The notes below the pieces were generated by a model. It worked only from the letters and a program-made list of their open reading frames with translations. It ran no database searches and had not been told where the DNA came from. 64,000 nucleotides of DNA from Oscillibacter sp. Its GTDB lineage: Bacteria > Bacillota > Clostridia > Oscillospirales > Oscillospiraceae. Below are positions 62,885-64,000 of the stretch, piece by piece. The number at the start of each line of letters is the position of its first letter. Positions within the stretch are counted from its first letter, which is position 1. A program made the translations under genes and the position numbers. The stretch lies in assembly GCA_017482345.1 (NCBI GenBank), contig JAFUNB010000011.1, forward strand, positions 2,952 to 66,951, in the 5' to 3' direction.

Positions 62885-63811
62885 TCAGCTCAGCACGCTG
62901 TTGATAAAGGCGATGAGGCCGTCCTCCACCTCGTCCCGCAGCTCCAGCTCGTTGTGGATCTCGTGGCGGTAGCCGGTATAGGCCCGGACGGTGGTCTTGT
63001 TGCCGCTGCGGGCCAGCAGGTTGGCCACATGATAGAGGCCCTCACCGTAGTTGCCGCAGGGGTCCTGATCGCCGGAGATCAGGTACACGGGGATGCGGGA
63101 GGGCACCATGGGTGCCCATTCGGGACTTTCGATGAAGTGGTACAGCTGCACGAAGTCCCAAACAAGCTCAATGGTGGTGTCGAAGGTGTTGAACATGTCG
63201 CCGGCATGGTCGGCCACCACGTTGGGGTCGTTGGCGATCCAGTCGGCGGGGGAGTTGGGGTTTTCAATGCGGTCGGTCATGCCGGAGAAGACCCGGGCAA
63301 ACCAGTCCCCGGCCATCTGGCTGGGATCCGCCTCATAGGCGGCCCGGAATTCCTCGTTGGTGTAGGCGTCCTCGCAGCCCTGCCACTGGGAGCACAGGCC
63401 ACACAGCATCAGGGCGGTGATGTCGTCGCCGTACTTGGCGGCGTACGCCCGGGCCAGCATGGAGCCCCAGCTGTGGCCGAACATCATGTAGGGGATACCG
63501 GGATAGTCGCTCACGGCAATGTCGTGGAGGGCCTTCTCGTCCTTGAGATAGGTCTCGTATCCGCCGGAGTGGGGATCGCCCAGCGTGCCGCCGTCATAGC
63601 CGGTCTTGCCGTGGCCGATGTGGTCGTCGGCGTAGACCACGAAGCCGGCCGCCTGGAATTTGCTGATCATGTGGAGATATCTGCGGGAGTGCTCGCCGTA
63701 GCCGTGGACGATCTGGATGATGCCCCGGGGCTGGCCCAGGGGGCTGTAGGCCCAGGCCTTCACGGTGTCCCGGCCGTTGGCGGAGGGGAAGCTGATCTCT
63801 CGGATAGACAT
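62885..63811 (-). CDS. Alpha/beta hydrolase (lysophospholipase/PldB-like)
   Basis: VHGYGEH, DHIGHG, GHSWG nucleophile elbow, GDQDP, RHEIHNE. Confidence 0.9.
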   Translation of the reverse strand: MSIREISFPSANGRDTVKAWAYSPLGQPRGIIQIVHGYGEHSRRYLHMISKFQAAGFVVYADDHIGHGKTGYDGGTLGDPHSGGYETYLKDEKALHDIAVSDYPGIPYMMFGHSWGSMLARAYAAKYGDDITALMLCGLCSQWQGCEDAYTNEEFRAAYEADPSQMAGDWFARVFSGMTDRIENPNSPADWIANDPNVVADHAGDMFNTFDTTIELVWDFVQLYHFIESPEWAPMVPSRIPVYLISGDQDPCGNYGEGLYHVANLLARSGNKTTVRAYTGYRHEIHNELELRDEVEDGLIAFINSVLS

Positions 63812-64000
63812 GTCACAAACCTCCTGTATGAAAATAGAGTAAACGAAGTATCTGATGGATTTATTGTATCATGGACCCGCAGGGCTTTCAAGAAATTGGC
63901 AGGCGCGGAAATTGGCAGAAATTGAAAAAATATATTGGCATTTTTCGGGGGAGAGGATATAATATCAGCGTCAAAGCAAATGAAAGAGGAGCTGACATAT

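Overview
GC-rich chromosomal window, most likely from an Oscillospiraceae-like clostridial Firmicute (inferred from gene content and synteny only). It has five blocks. (1) About 0.2-19 kb: a nucleoside-catabolism cluster with a BMP/CUT2 ABC transporter, three phosphorylases, two nucleoside hydrolases, adenine, cytidine and MTA/SAH-type deaminases, MtnK + a divergent MtnA + class II aldolase (DHAP-shunt type), an Fe-alcohol dehydrogenase and a DeoR regulator. (2) About 19-36 kb: housekeeping genes (lspA, rluD, miaB, mutS, mutL, miaA, hfq, yggS, sepF, DivIVA-domain), interrupted by a small XRE cassette, a REP/MITE-like element and a synonymously recoded duplication of the mutS 3' end. (3) About 36-41.5 kb: XRE-MBOAT-SGNH-like O-acylation genes and lepA. 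(4) About 41.6-56.2 kb: a c-di-GMP-I riboswitch ahead of a ~3840-aa putative sortase-anchored adhesin, flanked by a small hypothetical gene and a PAS-only protein. (5) About 56.4-64 kb: an unusual carbamoyl-phosphate synthetase, then an M20 amidohydrolase and an alpha/beta hydrolase. The best candidate for an undescribed system is this CPS: CarA has lost its glutaminase triad and CarB is fused to a DapF-like domain lacking one catalytic Cys. No rRNA, tRNA, CRISPR array, transposase or integrase was recognised. All family calls come from reading motifs by eye; no database search was run.
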